Source of the DNA: Naegleria gruberi
Taxonomy: Eukaryota
Assembly (NCBI GenBank): GCA_000004985.1
Contig: GG738896.1
Length of the DNA: 64,000 bases
Strand: one strand, 5' to 3'
This document shows positions 43,401 to 54,252 of the stretch, one piece after another. Made by a program: the position numbers and the translations under genes. The stretch's first letter is position 1, and each line of letters starts with the position of its first letter. Below the pieces are notes generated by a model. The model was not told the DNA's origin, searched no databases, and saw only the letters and a program-made list of their open reading frames with translations.

Positions 43401-44104
43401 CTTCCTGTTGATGGTTGACTTGTATTCTTGGGTGTATTCTGTGTTGATGGTGTTACAGACATCCTATCCATTGAAGCATATGGATTGGGAGGTGCAACAA
43501 TTGATAGATTGCCTCTCTTTGGCCCGAGTGAAATGTTCGAGCATGATGAAGTGGGACGAGAACCACTCTCTTCCTCATTGGTATTATTGTTACCCTTATT
43601 TGTGCCTTCTTTGGGTGAAGTCACCATTGTGGAAGAGTTGTTACTGCTGGTGTGGAGGTTGTTCGGTTGTTGTGGGTTGCTTTCTTTTTGTTTGTTGTTA
43701 TCGTTGTTTTCTTCTGAAGTAGATGAGATGGTCGAGAGGTTAACTTCCTCAATTGTACTATTCATATCAAAATTGCTCTTGCTATTTCTTGTTGATGAAT
43801 AATTAGAGTCTTTGATTTCCTCAATAATTTCCTGAGGTTCTTCTTCAATTTCCTCCTCATCATCGTCATCATAGTCTGCATCATGTTGATCCTCTGATTC
43901 TTCGATAGTTTGTTGTAAATGTTGGTGTTCTAATTCATCCTCAGTATCTATATCCTGTTGAGATGAATATTCATCAATAGACATTGTATGATGATGTTGG
44001 TTTGGTTCCTCTCTAATTTCATTAAATCGAGGTGTTTCCTCAATCAATAAACTTCCATCCTCCGCATCCTCATCAATACTTCCAAAATCCTCCTTCAACC
44101 TCAT
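40466..44104 (-). CDS. large coiled-coil protein (1212 aa) with an acidic/Ser-Thr-rich N-terminus and a conserved-looking C-terminal domain, function unknown
   Basis: The ORF is intact. The central heptad-rich region reads (EIEMVKQQNSNLEKEVLAMREKEAGLLETIEKLGVDIRKYEKRRND...). Confidence 0.55.
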   Translation of the reverse strand: MRLKEDFGSIDEDAEDGSLLIEETPRFNEIREEPNQHHHTMSIDEYSSQQDIDTEDELEHQHLQQTIEESEDQHDADYDDDDEEEIEEEPQEIIEEIKDSNYSSTRNSKSNFDMNSTIEEVNLSTISSTSEENNDNNKQKESNPQQPNNLHTSSNNSSTMVTSPKEGTNKGNNNTNEEESGSRPTSSCSNISLGPKRGNLSIVAPPNPYASMDRMSVTPSTQNTPKNTSQPSTGRSSTPTGMKKKTVATSGLTTLSATHQGSKHHSHSDFSLNHDTGAASKLPNIKKKNGFKLDHHEVDNSKPIQIVNERRVKSPQMVLENSVTSVLNKKGLGIKRTGAISGKMKPSWHSCEKLPKPGVNSIPHQAKTMDIYGREEMCSSPNESLHQNSADNSQRASPNFMTKTQRSAFQERLIKENYQSVKEDSELSKILFGEIPEAEFEEFGIERQELNASSFGTSSKKLSPMLKTWNGFSAKDSYVHSLMSTTKEDNGLKSLKYNLGSMVSYENKKFKPPLLEAMENFIAKELHLVTREMKKENVIMNEVEYIAAKSNVYKECFRIFIDHSRTYGPILTHILEEFSTAVEELKLKLTMPNDKFNQHHTKREEESLKMHKVYRDTSKEIEMVKQQNSNLEKEVLAMREKEAGLLETIEKLGVDIRKYEKRRNDDIKRSMILNDAIQYRDLKETEIKRQLSGLQGVAQEKNKIEQLYVESLQELDKLNNMVPKADYQEVLSRNDLLEEELKNTKVKLTQEQRISKLLNEKLNELKLNITVLEERILDQSRSLTPRPKWDLVRDDLRIESLPLDSNTIENVNQLANRVSKLQILVKKQQKELQENAKALEFLKSDDVVREKVYNNYFMGLGTGPSVPKYLRHRGRIRNKRFKKKDIMGIVNDMWKARMKQREGPERYKDTISDFFESFVTMKVGNIGSIKAELIYNIVFGAEHFTWDTDCYLFTKIIKGDVSELVFFELFSMIEQLRKMFVKLDETESGIADGTVQKKNANKQLEYFFEGKAPDDILKIKIDMHKDQRDAVVKYERLFQQDNEGFDGRFLTTIKRQFIREVEEYNIEVEEWLREKEDREGALPLKRVKEIFEYKQVCKDNLDKLLRFGVHAEPNEELDFEQHINIEEFMNNVRNKMVLRRTSFKDVGEMKFEFELEKQLESIDESTAETNIEKVLQSPKGSDTKSSMQSPRFSETKSTARSIPDASTIEIRY

Positions 44105-45193
44105 CTTTTGATGTTCTATTGATTTCTTAAATATTAATAATGTATACTATGCAATATTGTTTGAAAAAACAGCCCAGTTACTAAGGTATTTTTCTATTTA
44201 CTCTCGGATTCTTATTGTTGTGCCCGATTGATCAAAGCTCTTTGAAAGCAACAACAACAATGTGTTTGATCCTCAGCTGTGTTTTTTTTAATGCTTGAAA
44301 TCGTAAATTATTTCAAACGTAACGGTTTTTTGTTTGAGTATTTTTTGAGTAAGGAGGCAAAATGTTGTTCATGTTCGGAGAACAAGTTTCCAAACAAATG
44401 GAAGAATTAGTAGAAATAGTTCTATTGAGATAATTTTCATTGTGTGGTTAATAATTGGTATGCTGTAAACAATTAATTTTGAGGAAGGTGACATTTTTCA
44501 ATTCGTACCAATCTGAAAAAGTTCATTTTGTAATTGTTGCTGAAAAGACGTCAATGAATTGCAACAAGAAAATAAATTGTAGGTAATCTATTGGTATTCA
44601 ATAATTATTGGATAACATTCATTATCTAGAGCTGCTTTAGACTTTCGTTGATTATTAACTCAACAAATGGCTTCAACACCAATAAAAATCTTGTAATTGA
44701 ATCTCATCTATTTTTAGTCATGGTTAAAACCTTCCATTGGGAAATATTCTTCAATATTAAATATTAAATCCAATGAATATATTTAATTATCAACAAACGT
44801 AAAGTAGGGTACATACCTTCAATAGAGATAATATTTCTATTGAGGTGGTGGCTTATTTGGTTAGCAAAAAGGCTTGTTTATTGATGATGGCTTTTCGTTT
44901 TCGCGCGTCAAAAAATCCTCGCTCCCTGTACCTCAAACTTTATTTTGTAACGACTCACAACAATAAGAATCTAAAAAAAATTAGCTAACCGACAAAAAGC
45001 GTGACCATTTGATCAACTAGATCTATTCTACAAATCCGCAAAGACTTTGTCTCTTCCCCAAAACAAATAACCACATTCTTCCAATCTATTTAATTTAACT
45101 ACCTATACTTCTAGTATCATTTGTAATATATTATAATATTCCAATACCTTCCCTAGTTCATTCTACAACAACAAAATCCTAACCGACAACAAA

Positions 45194-46209
45194 ATGAAGT
45201 ATATCGAATTCCAAGAATTGTGGCCTTATAACTGTCTTCTTGATGGTTATGATCTCGGCATCACCTATCTCTATGGCAAGATTGAAGTATTTTCTTGTAA
45301 GTAATTATTATTCATACAAAAAGTTTCTAATTATTTTGTGTTTCATAACAATTGTTATTCCAACTGCACACAATCAAATAATAATAACAATACATCTCTC
45401 ATCACAATACAGGTAAACAAACATCTCAAGATAGAAAATTAACAAAGGAAATTGAAAGTAGAAGAAGAACTAGTAGTAATGCTTCCCTGAGTAGTTCCCT
45501 TCCAACATCAACGAACGGGACGAGATTGTCGACGTTGTCTCAATCCGTTCAAACACAACAAATGCAAATTCCAACCAAAGCCACTACAGTGGCACATCAT
45601 CAAGTTGATGTTGTTTCTCCTCCAGCGTTGAGTCCTCCATGCTTTTATGACTTGACTTCACAATTCAATGATGATCCTTTTGGCAATGAAAAGAGACAAA
45701 CCTACATTGACCTCATCTCTACTCTCAACAACTCGTATCCAGACTATGACTTCCGTCACGTAAAGCCTGAATTCTTTACTCAAGTCACCCTCCAAGATTC
45801 CATTCAAAATATTAACAATTCTCTCCATGAAGTATATGAGAATGAACAATTTAGCTCTCTCTGGACAAATGTTAACGAAATTATTGACCTCAACCATTGC
45901 GAAGTTTACAGTTACCTTCCTGACCAAAATTTAGATGATCCAATGGCTGATCCGTTGAGTCTTGGTGGTTCTAAACTTTGGAGTTGGAATTACTTTTTCG
46001 TGAATCGTCCATTGAAACGCTTGGTCTTCTTTACAGCCTATGGTAAGAGTAAAGCCTGTGCTTTAGAAGATGATGAAAGAGAAGGTATGATGGTTGGTGA
46101 CCAATATGATGATGAAGACTATTTCTACTCCAACACTAAGAATGCCAATGTCCACTTTGACTATAACGAAAGTGACAGTGAGATGATGGATGAATTCGAT
46201 GACTTGTAG
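45194..46209 (+). CDS. maf1: Maf1 (RNA polymerase III repressor) homolog in two exons, about 45194..45296 and 45413..46209, with a 116-nt intron
   Basis: Exon 1 encodes MKYIEFQELWPYNCLLDGYDLGITYLYGKIEVFSC, and human Maf1 begins MKLLE...GRIESYSCK. The donor is gtaagt and the acceptor is acag. Exon 2 contains the Maf1 signature LWSWNYFFVNRPLKRLVFFT. It joins in phase to ORF 45526, whose track start is TTG. Confidence 0.8.
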
Positions 46210-48224
46210 ACCTCTCAAGACTCGATATTTCTTGTGTGGCTGTTGGTTCAATTAACAACCTTTGGACTTGCAAGATAATGTGTGCTGTTGGTGGTGTATT
46301 TACGTTTTTGCGTGTCAGTGCTAGCGACAATTAGCATCAAATACGCCCGTTAGACAAAACCTACAAACACAGAGTCTAAAGCCATTGGATTTCCTTGTAC
46401 CATATCCCCACAATGAACACACCAGTTGTACAACAATTTGGAGTGTGATGGATCCTTTTTGCAAGGGTTTTTTGCCACGTACCAAGTCCACTATCATGTA
46501 ACAACAGTTAGAAGCAAAATCTCAGAGTTGTGGGTTTCGTTAAAATTGTATGTGCTGTAAGTGGGATAGGTACTATGGGAGTCTCTTGCGTCTGTCAATT
46601 ATCCTCATTGATACTGGTATATATTTTACACAAATCTATTTCTACAACAATACAAATTCTGTTATCTTATATATACTCCTTGCACACTATCTTGTTTTGT
46701 TTCTGCTTGTTCTTGTAGGGTTCAATTAAAATTCTTTCCACAGTTTGCGAAAGCAAGTGGAAAGTTCGGATGTTGTGCCCTTGCAAAAAGTCCTTTTGTG
46801 ATGCTCCTGTTGTTGATAAGTCAATAATTATCTTTGATGTTTGTTGTTGATAATTCAATAATTATTAATTCCAAATGATGATGAAGTAAAGTGACATCCC
46901 TTCAATAAAAAGATCGACAAACAACTGGTTGCCATGCCTCTATTGTCTCTCAGAGAAATCCTTCTCAGGACACCTATCTTTTGGTTTCTTTTCAAGTCTG
47001 TAGCTCCCAATCCTTGGGTTTGCCCTTCCTGAAAAACAATGAGGGACTTAGTTGACTACATCTTAAAAAGAAGGAACATTTGACAGGCAGTCTCCAACTG
47101 AAAAGGACGTACACATTGGTCGATACCGTGTACTCAAAAGAAGCATAGCAATTCATTGTTCAAGGGATGTAAAAAAGCAGTGATGGTGTTTGAAGAGAGT
47201 GGAAATTCTCTACAGGTACACCCCAACAGCTTAAAAACAGAATCGATGATAAAATCTTACTTGTTGTTGATACTATTATTGATGTTAATTATCAAAGTTA
47301 TTATTTGAAAGATACTTACTCTTAAACTTTCTTGTGGTGGGTATTTATTAACTCTCGTACAACCCAGAGTGCTGCTGCTTTCTGATGTGCGCAGTGGTAG
47401 TAGTTTCATCTTGCCCCTAAACATCAAGATCCAGGTGTGAAACAACCCATCTTGAACAGATGGCAATAACAAGCTAGGCTCTTTAACACACAACCCTAAA
47501 TATTATACTGGACATCAAGTATTCAAGTGGCTAGGAAGAAAGAGTTGCTGCTGTACAAGACCTTCTACTTGTTATTTTAAAGTCATTTCAACACTATGGA
47601 AGTGAGTTTATACGGAACAAGAACAAAACTCTCTCTCTACTATTGATAAGGAACAAAGTACCCATCTTCCTTCAAGGAGACAAAGTAGTACTATTGCTTC
47701 TTCATGATGAAAAAACCAAAATGTGCGTACATTGTCGGTTGGTTTCTAGCGAGTGCGGAGGTTGCACATTTTTTTTTTGCTTGATGTTTTTCTTCAGCAT
47801 TGCCGTTGTAATGGTTGCTAAGAGTTTGTGCTTGCTGGTGCAACTTGGTTTTGGCACTTGGGGAAAAAGCACGTTTGCAATTCGATAGTGCACTTTGTTG
47901 AAACCCAATGAAAGAACAATTGGTACTAATAATAAGATTGGATGTCTGTTGAGAGTGAACTTGGTGTGTCAAACTGCAGTCATTGGTTGGGGAAATATTA
48001 TTGAGATTCGAGGCAGAATTCAAAAGTGCTACCAACTACTCTGATTCCAAGCTTGTTGCATTGAACGTCAAAGTGATCGTAGCTGACCTTTGGGAAATAC
48101 ATTTTAGAGATTGAAAGAAATTCAATTCCATCCAATTTATCACAATCCAATCTGAATAAATTTCCATATTAAAATCAATTAAATACAAATAAATTCAATT
48201 TGAATAATTTCCTAGGAATTAAAC

Positions 48225-48611
48225 TCACCTAAAAGAATGAGCCTTCTTTTCCTCCTTAATGGTCAAGACCCCTTCCTCCTTCTTTGACTCTAACTTGTAA
48301 TGACAATATTCCAAATACAATTCATCCTTACTCCATTTTATCATTGTAAATATAAAGTAAGAGGTCAATCCAAAGTGTTGAACAGCATTCTCTGTCTCAT
48401 CACTAGAAGCAGGCGACAAGGAAGCCCACTTATCTTGATCCATTCTCCTCGGAAAACGATACGTTCCATACTTATTCAACACCAAATGTTTCCTCTCATA
48501 GACACAATTCACCACTCCCTGATGACTCTCGAACGGAATCACCTCCTTGATGATCAACTTTAGAGGTGGTGATGAATGTCCCGAAACAAGTTGTCTTTGA
48601 AAAGTTTCCAT
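48225..48611 (-). CDS. 5' exon(s) of a hypothetical gene that continues downstream into 46210..48224; the ORF stop is created by a donor (ag|gtgagt)
   Basis: The ORF ends ...ttt agg tga gtt, so the TGA lies inside a perfect gtgagt donor. The region downstream on this strand is a 2-kb stretch with no long ORF. Confidence 0.4.
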   Translation of the reverse strand: METFQRQLVSGHSSPPLKLIIKEVIPFESHQGVVNCVYERKHLVLNKYGTYRFPRRMDQDKWASLSPASSDETENAVQHFGLTSYFIFTMIKWSKDELYLEYCHYKLESKKEEGVLTIKEEKKAHSFR

Positions 48612-48815
48612 TTTTTAATTTTAATTTTTCAAATTTTTGTAGTTTTTTTTGGCGCCAAAACGATAATCTTAATTGCTTTTATTTTGAGTTTCGAATGAGA
48701 AAAGTATCTTCAAATAATTGTTATCTTTTGACATATATTCCCTTACCGAATGAATTCCTTCCAATTATTAACATTATCAACCAAATCCTGATAACAACTC
48801 TTTTACTGACATATT

Positions 48816-49367
48816 TTATTCCTTATTCGAAAGTACCAGTAGGATCAACACTCCAATTACAATATATTTAACAATTGGATAGTTAGTAATAATAATTGTT
48901 GCATATCCTAAATAGGGCAGCATAAAGTTAACTCTTCCAATAATATGAGATCGATCTAACCATTGCAAATCAGTACCATATATTCCGTATCGATCATCGA
49001 ATTGGTTGTGGTCTCCTTTTGTTAGAATTTTTACATCCTTATCCTGTATTCCACTAAAAAGATTTGTTTGAGCTTTAGTATTGTGAAGTCGAATCACTCT
49101 GTGAACGATTGGAATTTCTTTTGATTCCAATTTATAGACAATGATATCACCAATATGAATAGGTTCCGATGAAAGGGAAAGGAATAGAATATCACCCTTG
49201 TAAAATGCTGGTTCCATGCTGCCAGTCAACACAACAACAATTGGTGATTGACAATTGGAATAGATTGAAACAGATTTCCAAATTATCAAAGCACTGCAAA
49301 GAACTCCCAATAGAGAAAAGATTTGAGTGATATATTCTCTTGTGTGTTGTGATATTGTTAAGGCCAT
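48816..49367 (-). CDS. sec11: signal peptidase complex catalytic subunit SEC11/SPC18
   Basis: The SEC11 core motif reads IVVVLTGSMEPAFYKGDILFL. Translation likely starts at Met36 of the track ORF (MALTISQHTREYITQIFSLLGVL...), which gives a SEC11-sized protein. Confidence 0.75.
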   Translation of the reverse strand: MALTISQHTREYITQIFSLLGVLCSALIIWKSVSIYSNCQSPIVVVLTGSMEPAFYKGDILFLSLSSEPIHIGDIIVYKLESKEIPIVHRVIRLHNTKAQTNLFSGIQDKDVKILTKGDHNQFDDRYGIYGTDLQWLDRSHIIGRVNFMLPYLGYATIIITNYPIVKYIVIGVLILLVLSNKE

Positions 49368-49533
49368 TTTTTTCAAATGAAAATCATAAAGTTTCACCAC
49401 AGCTTCTATTTCTAAAAATGGAAGACACGTGTTGTCCCAAACTACCACGTCATTAGTAAAAAGGCATTTCAATTTTGAATGTAAGTAAGGTATTCATTGA
49501 TAACAAGGAAAACATCAACTATGATATTGAAAA

Positions 49534-52500
49534 TTATTTACTCTTCTTATTAATTCTTCGAAGGGATTCATCTGAATCAGATGAAGAAGGATAGGTTCTT
49601 TTAGTGTTACTTGTTGTACTGCTGATACTTGAGCTGGAAGAACTGGTAGCCATTGATGGGTTATTCAAATTCATAACAGTTGTGGAGAGTCGAGTCAAGT
49701 ATTCGAAAGTTTCTTTCAAAGCTTGCGCCTTCTTCTTTTCTGCATCATTTGGTGTGGAGACCTTCTGAATGACAAGACAATAAGGACTTCTATCCTTGAC
49801 AGTGTCAAATTTCAAGTATTTTTCTGCAGCTGCTTTAGCACTTAACATGACGTGATTTCTTTGTGCTTCTGCTTTTCTGTATTCGAATTTTGTTTTTACC
49901 TTGTCTCTTAAAAAGAATGCAAGAGAGTTGCAGACGTCACAATTACAGGCAAGAGATACATTCAGTGACCAATCCTGTTCTGATGATTGAGTATTTCCTA
50001 TAGACATTCTCAACATGTTAATGCAATACTGAAGAATGGAATTGAACCCTGGATTTAAAAAGGCATGCTTGCCAAGCTCCTTATCTGTCCACTTGATGAG
50101 AGGAATTAGCAATTCATGAATAGAATTTTCAATCATGCCTGATTTGCCAATGATAATTGAAGTAATTGTGGAAATATCATCTTTGAAATTTGCCCTGTAT
50201 AAAACTCCCAAAACTTTTTGGCATAAATTGAGAGTAATTTGAGAGATTTGCAAGCAATTAATCACACCCTTTCTGAAATATTTAGAAAGATAGAGTAGCT
50301 TGTCATCATTTTTCTGGACAGATACTTCTATAATTTGGAGGGCATGCATGATAGTGCTGGTGTTAATCATCTTGTTGCAAAATTCGACAATCTTCGACTT
50401 GATATTATCCACTCCGAGTAATGAGATGGAGGAAATAACTACAGGCATTATTACAGTAAATATTTGAGGCTGTGCGCGTCTTATTATCAGCTCAAATATT
50501 TGGTTACAGAGACCTATTTGATTTTGTGAGTGTAGGGCTTGTAAAACCTGGATTATCTGCTCAGTGCATGTTTCGATAGCGTTTGTCTGAATAATTTTCA
50601 ATGAAATTCGACCAATCACTTCAGATTCAATTTTCAATTTGCTACAGGTTTCAATGAGGGAAACCAAAAAGTTAATTGACAGAATACCTGTATTAATATT
50701 ATTGGTGATATTATCCAACTTTTCCAAAAACCTGCTCATAAAATCCAATGATAGTTGATCATCAGCAAGTCCTATCAAATAATTAAAAGTTTGATTGGCT
50801 CTCTTTTCTAAATCTTGCGTCTTATAGCAAACATACCCAACAAGACCAGACAAGAACTCGGTCTTTAAATTATCCAATCCAAAGTGATTGAGAATGGTAT
50901 TCCATGTTGGTAAATCAAGAATTGGGATTGGAATGAGGAATTTTTTGAAAAGGTCAATATCACTCAAATTAAGAAGTATTGGAATCAATTCCAAAAGTTT
51001 TCCTTTGAAAAATTGAGATTGTGTTTGTGAAGATGCCAACTCGATACATAAATTTCTTTTTGTTGGATCTATCATGAATTCTTTGTATAGAGTTATAAAT
51101 CCCTCATAGCACGTCTTGGCATCCATGTATTTGAGACTAAGGTAGTGATATTTCTTTGGAATAACAACCAGGCAATTTCTATTGGAGGAGATACTGGCAA
51201 TATCGTATGGAATTGTATCAGATAATTCAATTTTGAACATTTGTGAAACTACCACACCAGTTTTAGGATTAGTCAATCTCTTCACCAGGTAGCTACTTTC
51301 ATCATCGCTGTCATAAATTTCGTCATCATTTACTACCTTTCTAGTGGAGGAGGTTTTTGTTGTTCTCAATGTTGTTCTTTCAAACACTCCCAAATAAATA
51401 TCAAAGAGAGAATACTGATCATTGAAAAGAGTGAAAAAATTATATAATACAAGGTCTTGTCCTTTCAATAAATCAACTCTGCAGTCTGCCTCCTTGACTG
51501 AATCAAGCAAATAGACTGCAAATGGAGACTCTTGTGGAGACCACAGAGCTTCAATCTTTTTCAAATTATCAGCCACTTTAAAAACTGTTTCCAATGATGG
51601 CTTGAATGAAGGCTTTCCATTGTAAATCAAGTTATAAACAAGGTAGAGTTTGTATCCTTCCTCAATTTTATCCTCATTTACTTGACACTCAGTAAAGTAT
51701 GTAATATAGGATGGAAGATAAAATGATTGTTCCACTAAATCGTACTCTAATTGTTCATCTCTGTGAGAGAATTTGACTTTTCCTCCTGCGTAGCTGCAAG
51801 GTAATTGAACAATGAATTGAGCAAAAACATTGGAAGGAAGCTTGTTTTTCTTTGGTATATTTTCCCCTTCTTTGAAAAGTACTAGCTGATGGAGTTGGAA
51901 TGAAACCTCCTTTTCAGGGCTGACTCCCAAATTACCTCTAGTGCAACTATTAACTAGTTCAGATACCATTTCATTCCATTTTGGATTGGTAATGACAAAT
52001 TGATCAGCATTCAAATAATATTCATTAGAATGTTTGGCAGCTCTTTTGGCAAGTTTGATAATTTCTCTAGCCTGTTCTGGATTAGCGAGAGGGAATGTCA
52101 CATGTTTTAGTGTTGGTTCCTGCTCGGGATCTTGATTAGGAATAATTAATTTGAGACCAGGCAGACCTGCTCTGGTAAGCAGTGGTCCTCCACAACAAAA
52201 TGATCCAGTACAAATATCCTTTGTTATCATTCTGAATGCTGTTGCAATTCTCTTGACACTAAGGGAGGGTTTAAAGCGACCAGATGATGTGGAAACAGCA
52301 TCTTGCTCCTCTAGTTCTTCATCATTTTCCTCTTCCGAAGATGTGGAAGAGTATTCGTCTTCCTCTTCGTCGTCATCTTCATCCTCATCATCTAGTTGTT
52401 CATCGTCATCTTCTGGAATTTCCTCCTCGTTTTCACTCTCCTCAATTACTAATTGTGATGGTAAAGATGAAGGTACAACCCTCACCTTTTCAACCATAAC

Positions 52501-54036
52501 TTCATCTTCCGAATCCGAATCTATAGTGATTGCTTCTTCTAAGGTATTTGATAATCCTCGTTCCTGTTTGACCTTATATTGTGAGAGAGCAGAATCACCC
52601 AAAGTATTATTAATTTCCTGAGTGATGATACTCGCATTCTTACTTGTGACACTACTGCTGACACTGCTCGTAGGAATAGTCGATGATGGTTGTTCAAGTG
52701 TTGCTGGAATCGATCTTTCCTCTTCGGAAGTGAGGAGCACCTTCTCAGGAGAAGATTGTGTTGGTGAAGGTGGCAATGTCAATGATGGATCAATTGTAAG
52801 AGATGGTTGAAGTGACTCCATGGTTGGTTGAGTTACAAGTGATACTGGTTGAATTGACTCTATACTGTTGTGACTACCCGCTAACTTAATATTGGATAGA
52901 TTTGAAGATGATAATTCACTTGTTCCCATAGAAAAGTCAAAATCTTCCATATTTAAATCATCACTTTCCTCCTGAATAATGTCTTTAGCTTGTGTTGTTG
53001 ATTCAGTACTTGCTATTACTTGTGGTTGTTGAAGGAGAGTATTGTTATTACTACTTGTATTTACATTGGTCGTCTCGTTAATAACTTCCTGTTGTTGTTC
53101 GTCCAAATCAATATCTTCATCATCGTCTTGCATCTTATTGTCCATCTCGTCCATATTTACACTAATACTACTATTGTTACTTGTTAATCCTGGTTCAACT
53201 TTCACTCGTATCAGGGATGCATGTTGTGGTGCTTCTAAATCATCATCGAAACAAACACTTTCATCATCTGAATTAACAACAATTGCTTCGTCAAAGTTAA
53301 CTTCTTCTTCTTCATCAGATGTTATTGCTGGTATTGTTGGTGGTGCTTGTTGATTATTGAATGGTTGTTGTACTTCCTGGACTTCATCAAAATTGATTTC
53401 TTCATCCGAAGCCTCTTCATCAAGCACTTGTGATGCTTCATAGTAATTTTCCTCCTTCTTTACTCGAATTATTTGTTGTTGTTGAACATTATTATTAGTA
53501 TTGCTGCTAGTATTATTAAAGTCTATTTCCTCATCAAAGGTTTGACTATTTCCTCCCAAATCAGCGTCATCATCTAGGTTCATATCATCCGAAATTTCCT
53601 CCTCTTCATGATGAAGACTTGCTGAGGAAGAGTGAAGAGTAACGTTGCTATTCATGATGGAAGAACCGATTGTGAAAGGCTGTGGTCGAATGTAAGATGT
53701 TGATGATGAAGATGAAGAGGACGGATTATTGTTATTATTATTGATAGTATTATTAGTATTGAAGGGTTTTATTGTGTTATTATTGTTGTTGTTGTTGGAG
53801 TGTTGCTGTTGGTGAGTATTGTTGGAGTTGTTGGGCAACATTTTTTTTCTTAGTTTTTCAATCTTGGTCACGAAATTGTAAATTGAACTATTTAGTCTTG
53901 TTACAAAAATATTGAAATATTTTGTTGTCATAAAAATATCAAAATATGTGAATGATTTCAATTCATAAGAATTCACAGTAGGAAAATTTGAAATGAAAGA
54001 AAGATTACAACAATAGTTTCCAACCAATCGGAACAT
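49534..54036 (-). CDS. large (1500 aa) acidic/Asn-rich nuclear-type low-complexity protein with a structured C-terminal half, function unknown
   Basis: The ORF is intact. It has a poly-N start, a long acidic stretch (DDDEQLDDEDEDDDEEEDE) and about 900 aa of non-repetitive C-terminal sequence. Confidence 0.55.
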   Translation of the reverse strand: MFRLVGNYCCNLSFISNFPTVNSYELKSFTYFDIFMTTKYFNIFVTRLNSSIYNFVTKIEKLRKKMLPNNSNNTHQQQHSNNNNNNNTIKPFNTNNTINNNNNNPSSSSSSSTSYIRPQPFTIGSSIMNSNVTLHSSSASLHHEEEEISDDMNLDDDADLGGNSQTFDEEIDFNNTSSNTNNNVQQQQIIRVKKEENYYEASQVLDEEASDEEINFDEVQEVQQPFNNQQAPPTIPAITSDEEEEVNFDEAIVVNSDDESVCFDDDLEAPQHASLIRVKVEPGLTSNNSSISVNMDEMDNKMQDDDEDIDLDEQQQEVINETTNVNTSSNNNTLLQQPQVIASTESTTQAKDIIQEESDDLNMEDFDFSMGTSELSSSNLSNIKLAGSHNSIESIQPVSLVTQPTMESLQPSLTIDPSLTLPPSPTQSSPEKVLLTSEEERSIPATLEQPSSTIPTSSVSSSVTSKNASIITQEINNTLGDSALSQYKVKQERGLSNTLEEAITIDSDSEDEVMVEKVRVVPSSLPSQLVIEESENEEEIPEDDDEQLDDEDEDDDEEEDEYSSTSSEEENDEELEEQDAVSTSSGRFKPSLSVKRIATAFRMITKDICTGSFCCGGPLLTRAGLPGLKLIIPNQDPEQEPTLKHVTFPLANPEQAREIIKLAKRAAKHSNEYYLNADQFVITNPKWNEMVSELVNSCTRGNLGVSPEKEVSFQLHQLVLFKEGENIPKKNKLPSNVFAQFIVQLPCSYAGGKVKFSHRDEQLEYDLVEQSFYLPSYITYFTECQVNEDKIEEGYKLYLVYNLIYNGKPSFKPSLETVFKVADNLKKIEALWSPQESPFAVYLLDSVKEADCRVDLLKGQDLVLYNFFTLFNDQYSLFDIYLGVFERTTLRTTKTSSTRKVVNDDEIYDSDDESSYLVKRLTNPKTGVVVSQMFKIELSDTIPYDIASISSNRNCLVVIPKKYHYLSLKYMDAKTCYEGFITLYKEFMIDPTKRNLCIELASSQTQSQFFKGKLLELIPILLNLSDIDLFKKFLIPIPILDLPTWNTILNHFGLDNLKTEFLSGLVGYVCYKTQDLEKRANQTFNYLIGLADDQLSLDFMSRFLEKLDNITNNINTGILSINFLVSLIETCSKLKIESEVIGRISLKIIQTNAIETCTEQIIQVLQALHSQNQIGLCNQIFELIIRRAQPQIFTVIMPVVISSISLLGVDNIKSKIVEFCNKMINTSTIMHALQIIEVSVQKNDDKLLYLSKYFRKGVINCLQISQITLNLCQKVLGVLYRANFKDDISTITSIIIGKSGMIENSIHELLIPLIKWTDKELGKHAFLNPGFNSILQYCINMLRMSIGNTQSSEQDWSLNVSLACNCDVCNSLAFFLRDKVKTKFEYRKAEAQRNHVMLSAKAAAEKYLKFDTVKDRSPYCLVIQKVSTPNDAEKKKAQALKETFEYLTRLSTTVMNLNNPSMATSSSSSSISSTTSNTKRTYPSSSDSDESLRRINKKSK

Positions 54037-54252
54037 AAAATTAAAGATGATATTTATTTGATATTTTTCATCATCTAAAGATCATCTTCACATTATAACC
54101 CAATGACAGTAATGAAAGATAAAATATCCTACCACCAATGATTTTTTGAACCATCATCAACAACAAGACCTAAACGTTAGCGACTCCTCAGTGTCAGGTT
54201 TCAAAAAAGTACTCACCCAACAATACTGGCTTACTCCATCTTTAAAAAAATC

